From Myxococcota bacterium (GTDB taxonomy: Bacteria; Myxococcota_A; SURF-8), in the NCBI GenBank assembly GCA_963674735.2, contig CAXXQS010000001.1:1984001-2048000 (forward strand): DNA of 64,000 nucleotides, read 5' to 3'. This document shows positions 9,267-19,465 of this stretch, piece by piece; position 1 is the first letter of the stretch; each line of letters opens with the position of its first letter. The translations under genes were made by a program, and so were the position numbers. The notes under the pieces were generated by a model. It was not told the DNA's origin. It saw nothing but the letters and a program-made list of their open reading frames with translations, and did no database searches.

Positions 9267-11015
9267 ATGGTTGAAACGACGCGTAATATTTTGTTTCTGG
9301 GGAATGGGAAATTCAGTTTTCATCTGATGGCGAAAGCCTTGGCGGATCGATCCAAACCGCAGCCTCTGAATGTAATCAGCGCCAGCCTGACCCCTGCATC
9401 TGCTCATCCCCTTGCGGTGGATGTGATGGAGGAAATCGGAATCAATATTCGAAGTTTGCCTCTCCTGACTCCGTTGGACATCGAGCTGTTCAACTTCGAC
9501 CTAGTTATTACCATTGGAGATTTCGACCCCTCGTGTCGTCCCAATTTGCCCGGCATGCCGCCGCATCATCATTGGGATTGCCCGGAATTCGAACAGCCCG
9601 GTTCCAGCATCATAGTCGTTTCGATGTTTCGGCGTCTCCGAGATCGTCTCGACCGGTTAGTGAAGGCTTTGTTTGAATCGGGGACTTTGCAGGCGCTGGT
9701 CACCGTGCGCCGCAATCTGGAATTGGTATTGGACAACCTGATGGACGGCGTGATGGCGCACACCATGAATCGCCGTATTTTCTACTTCAATAAAGCCGCT
9801 GAGACCATAACGGGCTATCGACGACGCGATATTTTGGGCCGCGACTGCCATGAAGTCTTTCCAGGGCGTTTTTGCGGCGGCAAGTGCTCGTTTTGTGAAT
9901 TGCCGACCCACAACCATGCACACGCCGGAGAAAACGATGTTGTCTTCCAGCGTCCCGACGGCGAAAACCGCTTGCTGAAAATGGCAACGCTCCCGCTGAC
10001 CAACATCGAAGGGAGCAACGTGGGGGCCTTGATTTCTTTCAAGGACATGACCGAACTGCATGATTTGAAGCGGCGGCTCAAGCACCACCATTCATTGTGC
10101 GGTATGATCGGTAAAGATCCCAAGATGCGGGATTTATTCGATCTGATTCGCGAAGTCAGTCCGTCGGATGCCCCTGTTCTCATCGATGGAGAAAGCGGTA
10201 CCGGCAAGGAATTGGTGGCAAACGCTATCCATGAGTTCAGCCGCCGCTCGGACAGTCCCTTCATTGCCGTTAATTGTGGTGCGTTGCCGGAAGGTGTGCT
10301 TGAAAGCGAAATGTTCGGGCACGTGCGCGGTGCCTTCACCGGAGCTTATCAAAATAAAAAAGGTCGTTTCGAATTGGCCGATGGTGGAACCCTATTCCTC
10401 GACGAAATTGGAGAACTTTCTCCGACTATGCAGGTGAAGCTCTTGCGCGTTCTCCAGGAAAAGACCATCGACCGAGTTGGCGACGATCATCCCATTCTAG
10501 TGAACGTCCGTATCATCAGCGCCACCAACCAGAACTTGCACGAGTTGATGGAGAGAAAGAAGTTCCGCCGCGATCTTTTTTATCGACTATGCGTGGTTCC
10601 CATTACTCTGCCCCCCCTGCGCGCCAAGCGGCTTGATATTCCTATGCTGGTCGAACACTTTCTGGAAATCATTGCAAAAGAAACTGGAAAACGGCTCCTG
10701 GTTCCATCGGATGAGATGTTGGATGTCTTCATGACCTACGATTGGCCGGGAAATGTAAGAGAATTACGAAACGCAATCGAATATGCTTATGTGAAATGCC
10801 ACGGTGGCTTTCTACAACTCGAACACCTCCCACCCGAGTTGCTGACTCGCCCCGCCAGCCAGACGATCAAACCGGGACCTGCGCCCAAACTCCAAAAAGA
10901 CTCCGTCATGGAGGCCTTGGCGGAAACCGGCGGTAATCGGAAAGCCGCCGCCATTAAACTCGGAATTGGCCGGGCCACCTTATATCGCTACCTAAAAAGC
11001 TATAACCTTAATTAG
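9267..11015 (+). CDS. Sigma54-dependent enhancer-binding protein with N-terminal LMW-PTP/ArsC-like and PAS domains
   Basis: GESGTGKE, GAFTGA, LFLDEIGE, WPGNVRELRN and a Fis-type HTH. The N-terminus ILFLGNG...HPLAVDVMEEIGINI...FDLVIT...HW resembles an arsenate reductase/LMW-PTP fold. Confidence 0.9.
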   Translation: MVETTRNILFLGNGKFSFHLMAKALADRSKPQPLNVISASLTPASAHPLAVDVMEEIGINIRSLPLLTPLDIELFNFDLVITIGDFDPSCRPNLPGMPPHHHWDCPEFEQPGSSIIVVSMFRRLRDRLDRLVKALFESGTLQALVTVRRNLELVLDNLMDGVMAHTMNRRIFYFNKAAETITGYRRRDILGRDCHEVFPGRFCGGKCSFCELPTHNHAHAGENDVVFQRPDGENRLLKMATLPLTNIEGSNVGALISFKDMTELHDLKRRLKHHHSLCGMIGKDPKMRDLFDLIREVSPSDAPVLIDGESGTGKELVANAIHEFSRRSDSPFIAVNCGALPEGVLESEMFGHVRGAFTGAYQNKKGRFELADGGTLFLDEIGELSPTMQVKLLRVLQEKTIDRVGDDHPILVNVRIISATNQNLHELMERKKFRRDLFYRLCVVPITLPPLRAKRLDIPMLVEHFLEIIAKETGKRLLVPSDEMLDVFMTYDWPGNVRELRNAIEYAYVKCHGGFLQLEHLPPELLTRPASQTIKPGPAPKLQKDSVMEALAETGGNRKAAAIKLGIGRATLYRYLKSYNLN

Positions 11016-11060
11016 TTTACCAGCCGCCCAAACCTGCGCGTGTCCGCTTTTTTGTATTGG

Positions 11061-11226
11061 TGTGTCTCACATTACTATCGAGATGTGATCTCGAGACATG
11101 AAAAGTCTGGAGATTAGCTGAATAATTAAGTCATATCAGATAGATCGTACTGTCCTGTCTTTTCTTGGCTTACCAAATCTCTTCTCAAACCTGAGACATA
11201 TTCCGGATTCAAGAAATGAGACTCAC
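11061..11226. promoter_or_regulatory. Candidate upstream activator sites (TGTCTCA/TGAGACA half-sites)
   Basis: Repeated TGTCTC/GAGACA half-sites, including the inverted repeat TCTCA-AACC-TGAGA at about 11183-11196, 80-210 bp upstream of the sigma54 promoter. Confidence 0.5.
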
Positions 11227-11272
11227 TGTAATAAGCGTCGAAATATCAAGCCGTTACGCGGTAGGCAGCACT

Positions 11273-11287
11273 TGGCACGCATTCTGC
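11273..11287 (+). promoter_or_regulatory. Sigma54 -24/-12 promoter
   Basis: TGGCACG-CATT-CTGC matches TGGCACG-N4-TTGC with one mismatch. It lies just downstream of the bEBP gene and upstream of the operon. Confidence 0.85.
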
Positions 11288-11324
11288 GTAGATAATAGCC
11301 AGTCTCACAACACAGGTGACGATC

Positions 11325-11558
11325 ATGGCAACCATCGTTAATGACAATTTACGCAAGGTGCTCAAACTCTGCGGCTACATGCTGGAGCTTTCCGACCTCG
11401 GCGATAAGTACCGCGAGGACGCGGGTTGTGGTGCAGTCTACGGAGCCTTACGCGATCAAGCTTACAAATTACGGCAGTTGGCCGAAAGCGAACTGGATTT
11501 ACACAATCGACGTTCCACCCAATCTTTAGCAGGAAAGAGAAAGCAAGATGACCGATAG
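11325..11558 (+). CDS. Small helical hypothetical protein, first gene of the DsrMK-like operon
   Basis: 77 aa including GDKYREDAGCGAVYGALRDQAYKLRQLAE. It overlaps the start of the next gene. Confidence 0.7.
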   Translation: MATIVNDNLRKVLKLCGYMLELSDLGDKYREDAGCGAVYGALRDQAYKLRQLAESELDLHNRRSTQSLAGKRKQDDR

Positions 11559-11964
11559 GAAAAAAATCCTGATTGTCGATGATGAAAAAGATTTGCTGAC
11601 CTTTATGACGACGCTGTTCAACGACTGGGGATATGAGCCGCTTACCGCCCTGGATGGTCTGGAATGCATGGAGAAGGCGCGCAGCGAAAAGCCGGACCTT
11701 ATCACGCTCGATATGACCATGCCGCGCCAGTCCGGGGTCAAGACTTTCCGAGAATTGAAAGACAGCCCTGATCTAGCTGTCATTCCGGTCATCATTATTA
11801 CGGCGATAGGGGACAACATGGAGGAGTTTCTCAGTAAGCGACGCCAAGTACCTGCTCCTGAGGGGTTTATGACCAAACCCATCGATCAGAAAGCGCTAAT
11901 TGAAATGGTGCGCGGCTTGATCGGAGAAGGCGGCGGTCCTATCCGGACGTCGGAGAAGAACTAA
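11548..11964 (+). CDS. Single-domain response regulator
   Basis: KILIVDDE, DLITLDMTMP, IIITA, FMTKP. Confidence 0.92.
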   Translation: MTDRKKILIVDDEKDLLTFMTTLFNDWGYEPLTALDGLECMEKARSEKPDLITLDMTMPRQSGVKTFRELKDSPDLAVIPVIIITAIGDNMEEFLSKRRQVPAPEGFMTKPIDQKALIEMVRGLIGEGGGPIRTSEKN

Positions 11965-11997
11965 CCTTCCATGCTTTTCATGTTGAGGAGAATCGAT

Positions 11998-12948
11998 ATG
12001 TCGACACTTGTTTATTTGTTTGCGTATACCACGATCGCCATTTTCGTTTTGGCGGTGGTGATTCGCTTCGTTCGATACCTGCGCAATCCCATTCATGTTC
12101 GCTGGGAATTATACCCGGTGGCGCATGAGGGAGAAAAGGCGGTTTACGGCGGCGGCTACCTGGAAGAAACCGACTGGTGGACCAAACCACGTAACAAAAG
12201 CATGATCGGTGAACTCAAAGTCATGGTTCCCGAAATTCTGTTGCTGAAAGCGGTTTTCGAGCATAACCGGGCGCTGTGGTTAGCCTCTTTTCCCTTTCAC
12301 GCCGGGCTCTATCTGGTGATCGGAGTCATTGGACTGTGTGGGCTAAGCGCTATTGCGGCTATTCTAAGTCTGTCATCGATGGTGGTTCAAAACCTGAACA
12401 GCCTGGCAGATATCTTGGCCCTGGTCGGATTTGTCGGGGTCTTGCTCGGTGCAAACGGGTTACTGCTCAAACGCTTGTTCGATGAAAACATGCGCAACTA
12501 TTCGGCTCTTTCACACTACTTCAATCTGCTGCTGTTTATTGTCGCGGCGATCTTGGGACTCATGGCTTGGAGCCAGGCTCCCAGCTATGCCGCGTCTCTC
12601 CAAGGTTTCATTGCCGGACTGCTTAGCTTCGGTACCGCTTCTACAACGCTGTCGACCTCTGAGCCGGTTTTTGTTGGCCATCTCGTTTTATCACTTGTTC
12701 TGGTCGCCTATATCCCGCTAACGCACATGGCGCACTTCTTCATGAAATACTTCCTTTACCACGACATACGTTGGGGCGATGAAGCCAACGTCGATACGCC
12801 TCAAACCGACGCCAAAATCGCAACCGTCTTGAATTACCCGATCACTTGGGCTGCACCCCACATCCGGGGCGACGGCAGCCGTAAAACCTGGGCGGAAGTG
12901 GCAACATTCAATCCAGCGCGTGCCGACGAAGCGGGAAAGGACAACTGA
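11998..12948 (+). CDS. DsrM/NarI-like membrane b-type cytochrome
   Basis: Multiple TM helices, RWELYPVAHE, and conserved His in FPFHAGLYL, GHLVL and THMAHFF. Confidence 0.85.
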   Translation: MSTLVYLFAYTTIAIFVLAVVIRFVRYLRNPIHVRWELYPVAHEGEKAVYGGGYLEETDWWTKPRNKSMIGELKVMVPEILLLKAVFEHNRALWLASFPFHAGLYLVIGVIGLCGLSAIAAILSLSSMVVQNLNSLADILALVGFVGVLLGANGLLLKRLFDENMRNYSALSHYFNLLLFIVAAILGLMAWSQAPSYAASLQGFIAGLLSFGTASTTLSTSEPVFVGHLVLSLVLVAYIPLTHMAHFFMKYFLYHDIRWGDEANVDTPQTDAKIATVLNYPITWAAPHIRGDGSRKTWAEVATFNPARADEAGKDN

Positions 12949-12949
12949 C

Positions 12950-14563
12950 ATGGCAAACCGAAAAAAGATTCGTATCTCGGATGTTGGCAAAGGAACCGAT
13001 ACGCTCTCCCGTGTCGAGATCGAGGATCTCATGCCGCTGCCCGACATGCCGGAGGAATCCGCCTGGGAGGAATTGAAGGATTCAACCAAAGAGCAATTCT
13101 CTTGTGTACTTGATAACACCTCGATTTTGCCGATCCCCAAGCCGCAAACGAAAGAAGAGGAAGACGAACTGGTTCTCAAATTTTTGAGTGGTCTTGAAAA
13201 GCTGTTCATCAAGGAGAACAACTGGACTTTCTACTCCCAGCTTGTAACGACTATGGAGCATTGTGCCAAATGCAACACCTGTTCCAAGGCCTGTCACATT
13301 TACGAGGCCAGCGGCGAAAACGAAATGTACCGGCCGACGTTCCGTACCGAAATATTCCGGCGGCTGTACAAAAAGTACGTCAAAAAAGAAAGCATGGCTG
13401 ACTGGCGCAACGGCCCAATCGACCTGACCTGGCAGACTGTTGCGCGCTTGGGAGAACTGGCCTATCGCTGTAATCTGTGCCGTCGCTGTGCCCAAACCTG
13501 TCCTATCGGTGCCGATAATGGGTTGGTGGCACGTGAGATACGTAAAATCTTCAGCATGGAAATGGGCATCACCACTCCTGAACTGCACGAAAAAGGCTCC
13601 ATGTTACAACTCAAAACCGGTTCTTCCACCAGCATGAACTCACTGGTGGTCAAGGACAACATGGAATTCATCGATGAGGACATCAACGAGATTTCCGGCT
13701 TCGAATACGAAACGCCGTGGGACGTGGAGGGAGCGGACATTCTGCTCATTCACAATGCCGGTGAAATACTCAGCTGGCCTGAAAACGTGGGTGCCTTCGG
13801 CATCATTTTCAAGGCGGCTGGTCTTTCGTGGACTTTGTCGTCCGATCTAGCGGCCTACGACTCGATCAATTACGGTGTGTTCTACGACGACGTTCAGTTT
13901 GCCCGTACGGCTATTTTGCAGGCCCAGGCGGCGAAAAAGCTCGGTGTCAAGAAGATCGTTCTGGGTGAGTGTGGCCATGCGCACAAGGCACTCACCGTCA
14001 TCGCCGACCGTGTCTTGCCGGAAGGCCTGAAAACCCCACGCGAAAGCTGTTTTCCACTGTTACGCGACATCGTCTTAAACGAGGATGGCAAATACAACAA
14101 CATTCAGTTCGATCCCTCACGCAACAATTTCCCGGTAACGGTTCACGATCCCTGCAACCTGACACGCCTGATGGGAATCATCAAGCCCCAGCGGGATGTC
14201 CTGCACAAACTGTGTCCGCAGTTCCGTGAAATGCATCCCCATGGTCCGCATAACTATTGTTGCGGTGGCGGTAGCGGGTTCGCCATCATGAGCCGCCACA
14301 ACATCAAGGATTGGCGTTTCAAGGTAGCTGGCCGCAAAAAGCTCGAGCAGATTCTGAACGCCTTCGAGGATTGTCGTGGAGCCGAGACACAGAAATATGT
14401 CTGTGCGCCGTGTTCCAATTGCAAGGGACAGATTCGCGATATCTTCGAATACTACAATCTGTTTGAAACCGAAAGTATGGCCTATGGAGGACTGGTTGAA
14501 CTGATCGTGAATGCCATGGTTGATGTCAATCCCGGTTTCATAAATTGGGAAAGCGAGATGTAG
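12950..14563 (+). CDS. DsrK/HdrD-like Fe-S oxidoreductase (CCG domain)
   Basis: CAKCNTCSKAC, CNLCRRCAQTCP, GECGHA, HDPCN, NYCCGGGSG, CAPCSNCKGQ. Confidence 0.88.
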   Translation: MANRKKIRISDVGKGTDTLSRVEIEDLMPLPDMPEESAWEELKDSTKEQFSCVLDNTSILPIPKPQTKEEEDELVLKFLSGLEKLFIKENNWTFYSQLVTTMEHCAKCNTCSKACHIYEASGENEMYRPTFRTEIFRRLYKKYVKKESMADWRNGPIDLTWQTVARLGELAYRCNLCRRCAQTCPIGADNGLVAREIRKIFSMEMGITTPELHEKGSMLQLKTGSSTSMNSLVVKDNMEFIDEDINEISGFEYETPWDVEGADILLIHNAGEILSWPENVGAFGIIFKAAGLSWTLSSDLAAYDSINYGVFYDDVQFARTAILQAQAAKKLGVKKIVLGECGHAHKALTVIADRVLPEGLKTPRESCFPLLRDIVLNEDGKYNNIQFDPSRNNFPVTVHDPCNLTRLMGIIKPQRDVLHKLCPQFREMHPHGPHNYCCGGGSGFAIMSRHNIKDWRFKVAGRKKLEQILNAFEDCRGAETQKYVCAPCSNCKGQIRDIFEYYNLFETESMAYGGLVELIVNAMVDVNPGFINWESEM

Positions 14564-14572
14564 TCAGACACG

Positions 14573-14613
14573 CCGGTGAAAGGCGGTCTCCCAACGAGAC
14601 CGCTTTTCACCGG
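14573..14613. terminator. Strong intergenic hairpin (terminator or mRNA-stabilising stem)
   Basis: CCGGTGAAAGGCGGTCTC-ccaac-GAGACCGCTTTTCACCGG immediately after the dsrK-like stop. Confidence 0.6.
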
Positions 14614-14635
14614 TATTGAACGCATGGAGGTCGAA

Positions 14636-15154
14636 ATGACCGATACCAAAGATGTGAAAGTGATGGTTGTGGAAGATGAGCCGGATGTTCGCATGGTGCT
14701 CACCACTGCTCTGCGCGACGCCGGGTTTCAGGTTGAATCGGCGTCCAATGGCCGGGAAGCCTACAACGCCATCAAGCTGAATGCGCCCGATTGCATCACC
14801 CTCGATCTCGTTATGCCAGGTATGTCGGGTGCGTTGCTTTACCATAAGCTGCGTCGCAACCCCAAATGGGATGGCATCCGGGTGTTGATCATCTCGGCCC
14901 ATACCCAGGACGAACTGGGGATGGAGGATTTCAAGCTGCTCATGGGCGGCAAGGAAATTCCTCCACCGGACGGATTTTTGGAAAAACCGGTGAACGTGAA
15001 CGAGTTGGTGCGTCGTGTTGCCGAACTCACCGGAGTTGAGGTGATGCCGTATCTCCGCCGCGAGGCTGACGAAATTCGCCGGGACATCGTCAACCGTCTG
15101 TCGAAGGTGGACCTAAACGATCTGAAACGGGTGAAATCCGTGCTTGACCGCTAA
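14636..15154 (+). CDS. Response regulator receiver protein with short C-terminal extension
   Basis: RBS GGAGG, VMVVEDEPD, DCITLDLVMP, FLEKP. Confidence 0.9.
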   Translation: MTDTKDVKVMVVEDEPDVRMVLTTALRDAGFQVESASNGREAYNAIKLNAPDCITLDLVMPGMSGALLYHKLRRNPKWDGIRVLIISAHTQDELGMEDFKLLMGGKEIPPPDGFLEKPVNVNELVRRVAELTGVEVMPYLRREADEIRRDIVNRLSKVDLNDLKRVKSVLDR

Positions 15155-15836
15155 AACGTTTTACACTCTTCGCGCATTTGTGGTTCCCTAGATTCCAATC
15201 CGGACTGGAATCGAGCGAGATTGAGCATCGGGTGAATGGGCCAAGCGCGCCTTCTCGCCGGGATTTGAAAATTTGGGAAACGAATCGCTGGAGGGTCGCT
15301 GTACATCCCATTTAACACACTGATATTGCTATGAAATTATCGCCATCAAGGGTAGGCCAGACAGCTTATGCGCTTCTGAGCATGAATATCCTGCATGTTC
15401 TTAGAATGATTGGAGATTTAAAGTATATTTTCTTGAGGTGCTGGCAGGTTGATAGACGACAGGGGTAGGCAACGAACGGACTTAAATTATCTGATAACTC
15501 AGAGATAATCGATTCTACAGGGTCCAGGTGTTTTCTATGTGAACGACACCTCTCAGAAGAAAAAGCAATCAGAGAAAACATGATAACATACTGATTATAT
15601 AGTCTTATTTCACTTTCTATGCATGAACGACACCCGGATTCGTTTCGGATTCGTTTTCACGAGATTATCACCTGCGGTTTCTTTTCGATGGAGGCCCAAT
15701 AGTAGCCGATTACGGTCGGAGTAGCCCAATCCAATTTCATGCCAGCGTACCTCGGATATGAAAGGCGATGTCGAAAGTAAAGGATGCTTTCCTACGAGGC
15801 CAGACTGGTAAACGAACCTTTATTTTCGCCCACCCG

Positions 15837-15950
15837 TCACGTCGGTGAATTTTTCCCATCCACCCGTTCCCGCAAGTCCTTGCCGACCTTAAAAAACGGA
15901 AGATGCTTCTCGTCCACCTGGATCACTTCACCCGTGCGCGGGTTGCGCCC
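15837..15950 (-). pseudogene. 3' fragment of an IHF-beta/HU family gene
   Basis: Minus strand reads [32 protein letters not shown], and the 5' half is replaced by an IS end. Confidence 0.8.
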
Positions 15951-17278
15951 GTGCGGTCAAAAAACAGGCATTTCCCTGTGAGATATCAAGGTATTAGCGT
16001 CCATTTTAACTCGTTTTCATATCCATGGTCGAAATTTGCGTCCCTCGCCCGCGCCTGTTATCTTCGCCTTTATCGAAAAGATGTTGTTGTTCTGGCTGGT
16101 TGCAACGATGAAGGAGGCGTGAGATGAAACCCGTGGAAGCCTTGGCGATGGTCGAAGGGAGGAACTGTTGGCACGCAACGAATATCTGGCGGCGGAAAAC
16201 GAAATTCTGCGTTCGAAGATTGACGGGAAAATCAAGCTGACCAACAGCGAGCGCATTCGACTGGCAACCATCGGGAACCGGATCGGCAAAAAGGCGCTTT
16301 AAGATGTCGCCCACATCGTCAAACCGGAAACCGTGCTGAAATGGTACCGGGATCTGGTCGCCAGGAAGTTCGATAGCTCGGCCAATCGCAAGAAAGCAGG
16401 AAGACCTCCTACGGACAAAGAAATCGAGGATCTGATTCTTCTCATCGCCGAGGCGAATCCAAGCTGGGGCTACGATCGCATCATGGGTGCTTTGTCCAAC
16501 CTCGGTCTCACCGTCTCGGATCAGACCGTCGGAAACATCTTGAAAAAACATGGCATTCCACCTGCTCCGAAGCGACAGCCGACCATGCCCTGGGCCGACT
16601 TCATCAAGTTCCACGAGGACGTTCTTTCCGCCTGCGATTTCTTTACGGCGGAGGTTTTCACGCCTTTCGGGCTGATTACGTACTACGTGCTGTTCTTCAT
16701 CCAGGTTGGCAGCCGGAAGGTTCATCTTGCAGGCATCACGCCCAACCCGGATGAAGCCTGGATGAAGAGGATGGCCATCAACGCCACGATGGCGGACTTG
16801 GGGCGTCTGGACGACCAACGCTATCTGATCATGGATCGGGATACGAAATTCTGCACATCATTCCGGCGTATTCTCAATGACGCTGGTGTGAAACCGATTC
16901 GCCTCCCGATCAGAAGCCCGAATCTGAATGCCTATTCGGAGCGGCTTGTGCTCTCGGCGAAATCCGAGTGCATCTCGAAGCTCGTCTTATTCGGCGAGCA
17001 GAGCCTGTGGACGGCGATGCGCGAATATCTGGCGCATTACCACGAGGAACGCAATCATCAAGGCCAGGACAACCTGCTGCTTTTCCCGGCATCCGATCAC
17101 GATCCGACCCGAACGGAGGGCGACATTCACTGCCGGGAACGCCTCGGCGGATTGTTGAAATACTACTACCGGAAAGCCGCGTGATGGGCGCGGACGTGAA
17201 AACGGGCTGAAATCGAGGTTAACATTATGATATCTCGACGAAAAGTACCTATTATTGTTATTTGACCAGACGGGTGCA
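15944..17278 (+). mobile_element. IS with disrupted rve-type (IS3/IS481-like) transposase, about 16124-17184
   Basis: Imperfect IRs TGCGCCCGTGCGGTCAAAAAAC / TGCACCCGTCTGGTCAAATAAC. Transposase motifs CDFF, MDRDTKF, PNLNAYSER. In-frame TAA at 16300 and a 5' frameshift. Confidence 0.8.
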
Positions 17279-17290
17279 GGTGCTGAATAC

Positions 17291-17328
17291 TTTGGGACAC
17301 TATAGGGACACTTTGGGTGGTCCCAAAC
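17291..17328. repeat. GGGACAC direct/inverted repeats 3' of tRNA-Ser (candidate integrase arm sites)
   Basis: tttGGGACACtataGGGACACtttgggtgGTCCCaaac, about 30 bp beyond the tRNA CCA end. Confidence 0.5.
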
Positions 17329-17356
17329 TCGAAGTGATTGATAATACAGGGTAATA

Positions 17357-17445
<89 letters not shown>

Positions 17446-17465
17446 GTAAGAGTCGTTAGTCCGCG

Positions 17466-17494
17466 AAACTACAATACTTTCCCTTTCCAGTCAA
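17466..17494 (-). promoter_or_regulatory. Sigma70-type promoter of tRNA-Ser
   Basis: TTGACT-17 nt-TAGTTT on the minus strand, followed by a GC-rich discriminator CGCGG. Confidence 0.65.
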
Positions 17495-17505
17495 GAACAT
17501 TTAAT

Positions 17506-18964
17506 ATGGAGTTCCCCCATTTTTCATGAGTCGAAAAGGGGTAGTTGTGGATCGGGTGGGCGTTTGTCGGCTCTGCTGTGCAGAGTTCCCTTTCCGGCTT
17601 TGTGCAGAATGTCCCTCATACCGTCGGCTAAAGCGTAATATCGAAAGTCGGGGATGCCGAATAATCGCTTGGCTGCGTCCAATGCGTGCAAGGCCAGGAT
17701 CTTCAGTCGGGCCTCCAGCCCCACCTTCACCGCCGTGAAATGCATCAGAGCCAGCAATAACGTCACCAGATTCTTCAAGCGCCGATAGGTCAAGACCCGC
17801 ACGTTCTCCAGGCCATAGCTCTGCTTGACGAAACGGATCGTGTCTTCCACCCGCCAGCGCGTCAGATACGATTGAACCGCCCACCACAAGACCTTGCGGC
17901 TTCTCCGCATCGGCTCGGTGGTCAACAGCAGCATGGGACGCTTGCCCAAGCCTCTGACGACCACCAGCCACAACGGTCGCTCGGGGCATTCCGGCAGGCG
18001 CACCGGCAGATAACCGAAATGGATGAAGTACGCCTTCTCCTTGCCGTCTTTTTCCTTCACCACCGTTTCGGCATACGGCGTTTTACAGGTTTCAGCCAAC
18101 TCCATTTCGTTCTTCGCCTTGCCTTTGTACAGCAGATGGCGGTCGCCGCGCTGGCGCACCAGATAGCGCACCTGCTCGTCCTTCGTCCAGGGCGCGAGCA
18201 TCTCCCGCCGGTCGCCGCCGCGATCGTAGACCAGAATGCCCCGGTGCTCCGTGGCGGCCAGCACGCGATCCACCAGCGTGAGAATCTCGTGGTTCTCGCT
18301 CACGAAATCGGGCGACGCCTGCGACCACAAAATCTGCGCCAGGGGCGTGATGTCGTGCTCGCCCGTCTCGCAGCCGACCACCTCGCACATCCAGTAACCG
18401 TCGCCGATTATCTTCTCGCTGGCGTCGCGCACCTCGGCCAGATACTGCATCTTCTTCGCATACTTCTTGGTGATGTCCGACGGATCGACGATCAAAAGCG
18501 TGTCGTCCCGGATGCGCTTCGCGCCCTGGATCAGCACCGATTCGGAAATCGTCTCCTCCAATTTCTCGTCGTCGAGGTTGGCCGACAGGCGTTTGTGCGT
18601 GGCGTGCAGAGCGATGGGCTCCTCCAAGCGGCGCGCCACCTCGGTCAGCAGCACCGAGCCCGAGGCGCACATGCCGTAAATCATCTCTTCCACGAAACGG
18701 GTGGACACCTTGCCCAGCTTTGTCGAAAGTTCCCCCGAAAAATGATGGATTTGCGCTCGCAATTTGTGCCCGAGTTGATGTAGCATGGCGATGGACCTCT
18801 TGGATTTTGTTAAGCAAATAGCGGCTTCGACACCCGTTGCTTAACACCTTGAGGTCCGTCTTGTCTCGTATGAAAATCCCCCATTTTTCACTTGCGGACA
18901 AACCTATCCAGATAGAATCAGAACGGTTTTAGGAGCGGAACGCCCAGAAATGGGGGAACTTCAT
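17506..18964 (-). mobile_element. Intact IS, IS4-superfamily DDE transposase (CDS 17524-18786)
   Basis: 17-bp IRs ATGGAGTTCCCCCATTT / ATGAAGTTCCCCCATTT and 8-bp TSD CATTTAAT (17498-17505, 18965-18972). Motifs IVDPSD, DRGGD, YLTRWRVEDTIRFVKQ. Confidence 0.92.
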
Positions 18965-18992
18965 CATTTAATGCCTCCTTTCTTCCGTTTTG

Positions 18993-19216
18993 TCACCATT
19001 TTGCCACCATAACCCGATTCCTGGTCGGCCACTCGCTGACGAATATTTCATCCATTACCTTGAGCGTCTTGCGTCTCCGACTGTTGTCCAGATGAGCATA
19101 GCGCTTGGTCATATTCTGGGTCCGGTGACCCAACGCATCCTGGATTACATCGAGACTGTTTCCACCATTAATCATCTGCGAAGCGAAGGTACGTCACAAG
19201 TCGTGAAACCTAAGAT
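18993..19216 (-). pseudogene. Tyrosine integrase C-terminal remnant
   Basis: FHDL*RTFAS...IQDALGHRTQNMTKRYAHL; the catalytic Arg codon has become TGA. Confidence 0.8.
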
Positions 19217-19465
19217 CTTTCATATCAGGCCCGAGAGATTGCTGGTCGGATCCGTAGTCAGGTTTTCGCTGGTGAGGATCCCAAGCAAACTCCTCAAGAG
19301 TCGGTTCTTTTCAAAAATCTTGCAACCAAATTCATAGAGGACTACGCCAAAGAGCATAAATAGTTGGTGTTTCCCTAATCGCATGTTGTTTCTTGTCTCA
19401 GATGAATCTCTATATTATGGATCGTAAAGGATATTTCCCGATTATCAAGCATGGAAAGATGTCTG

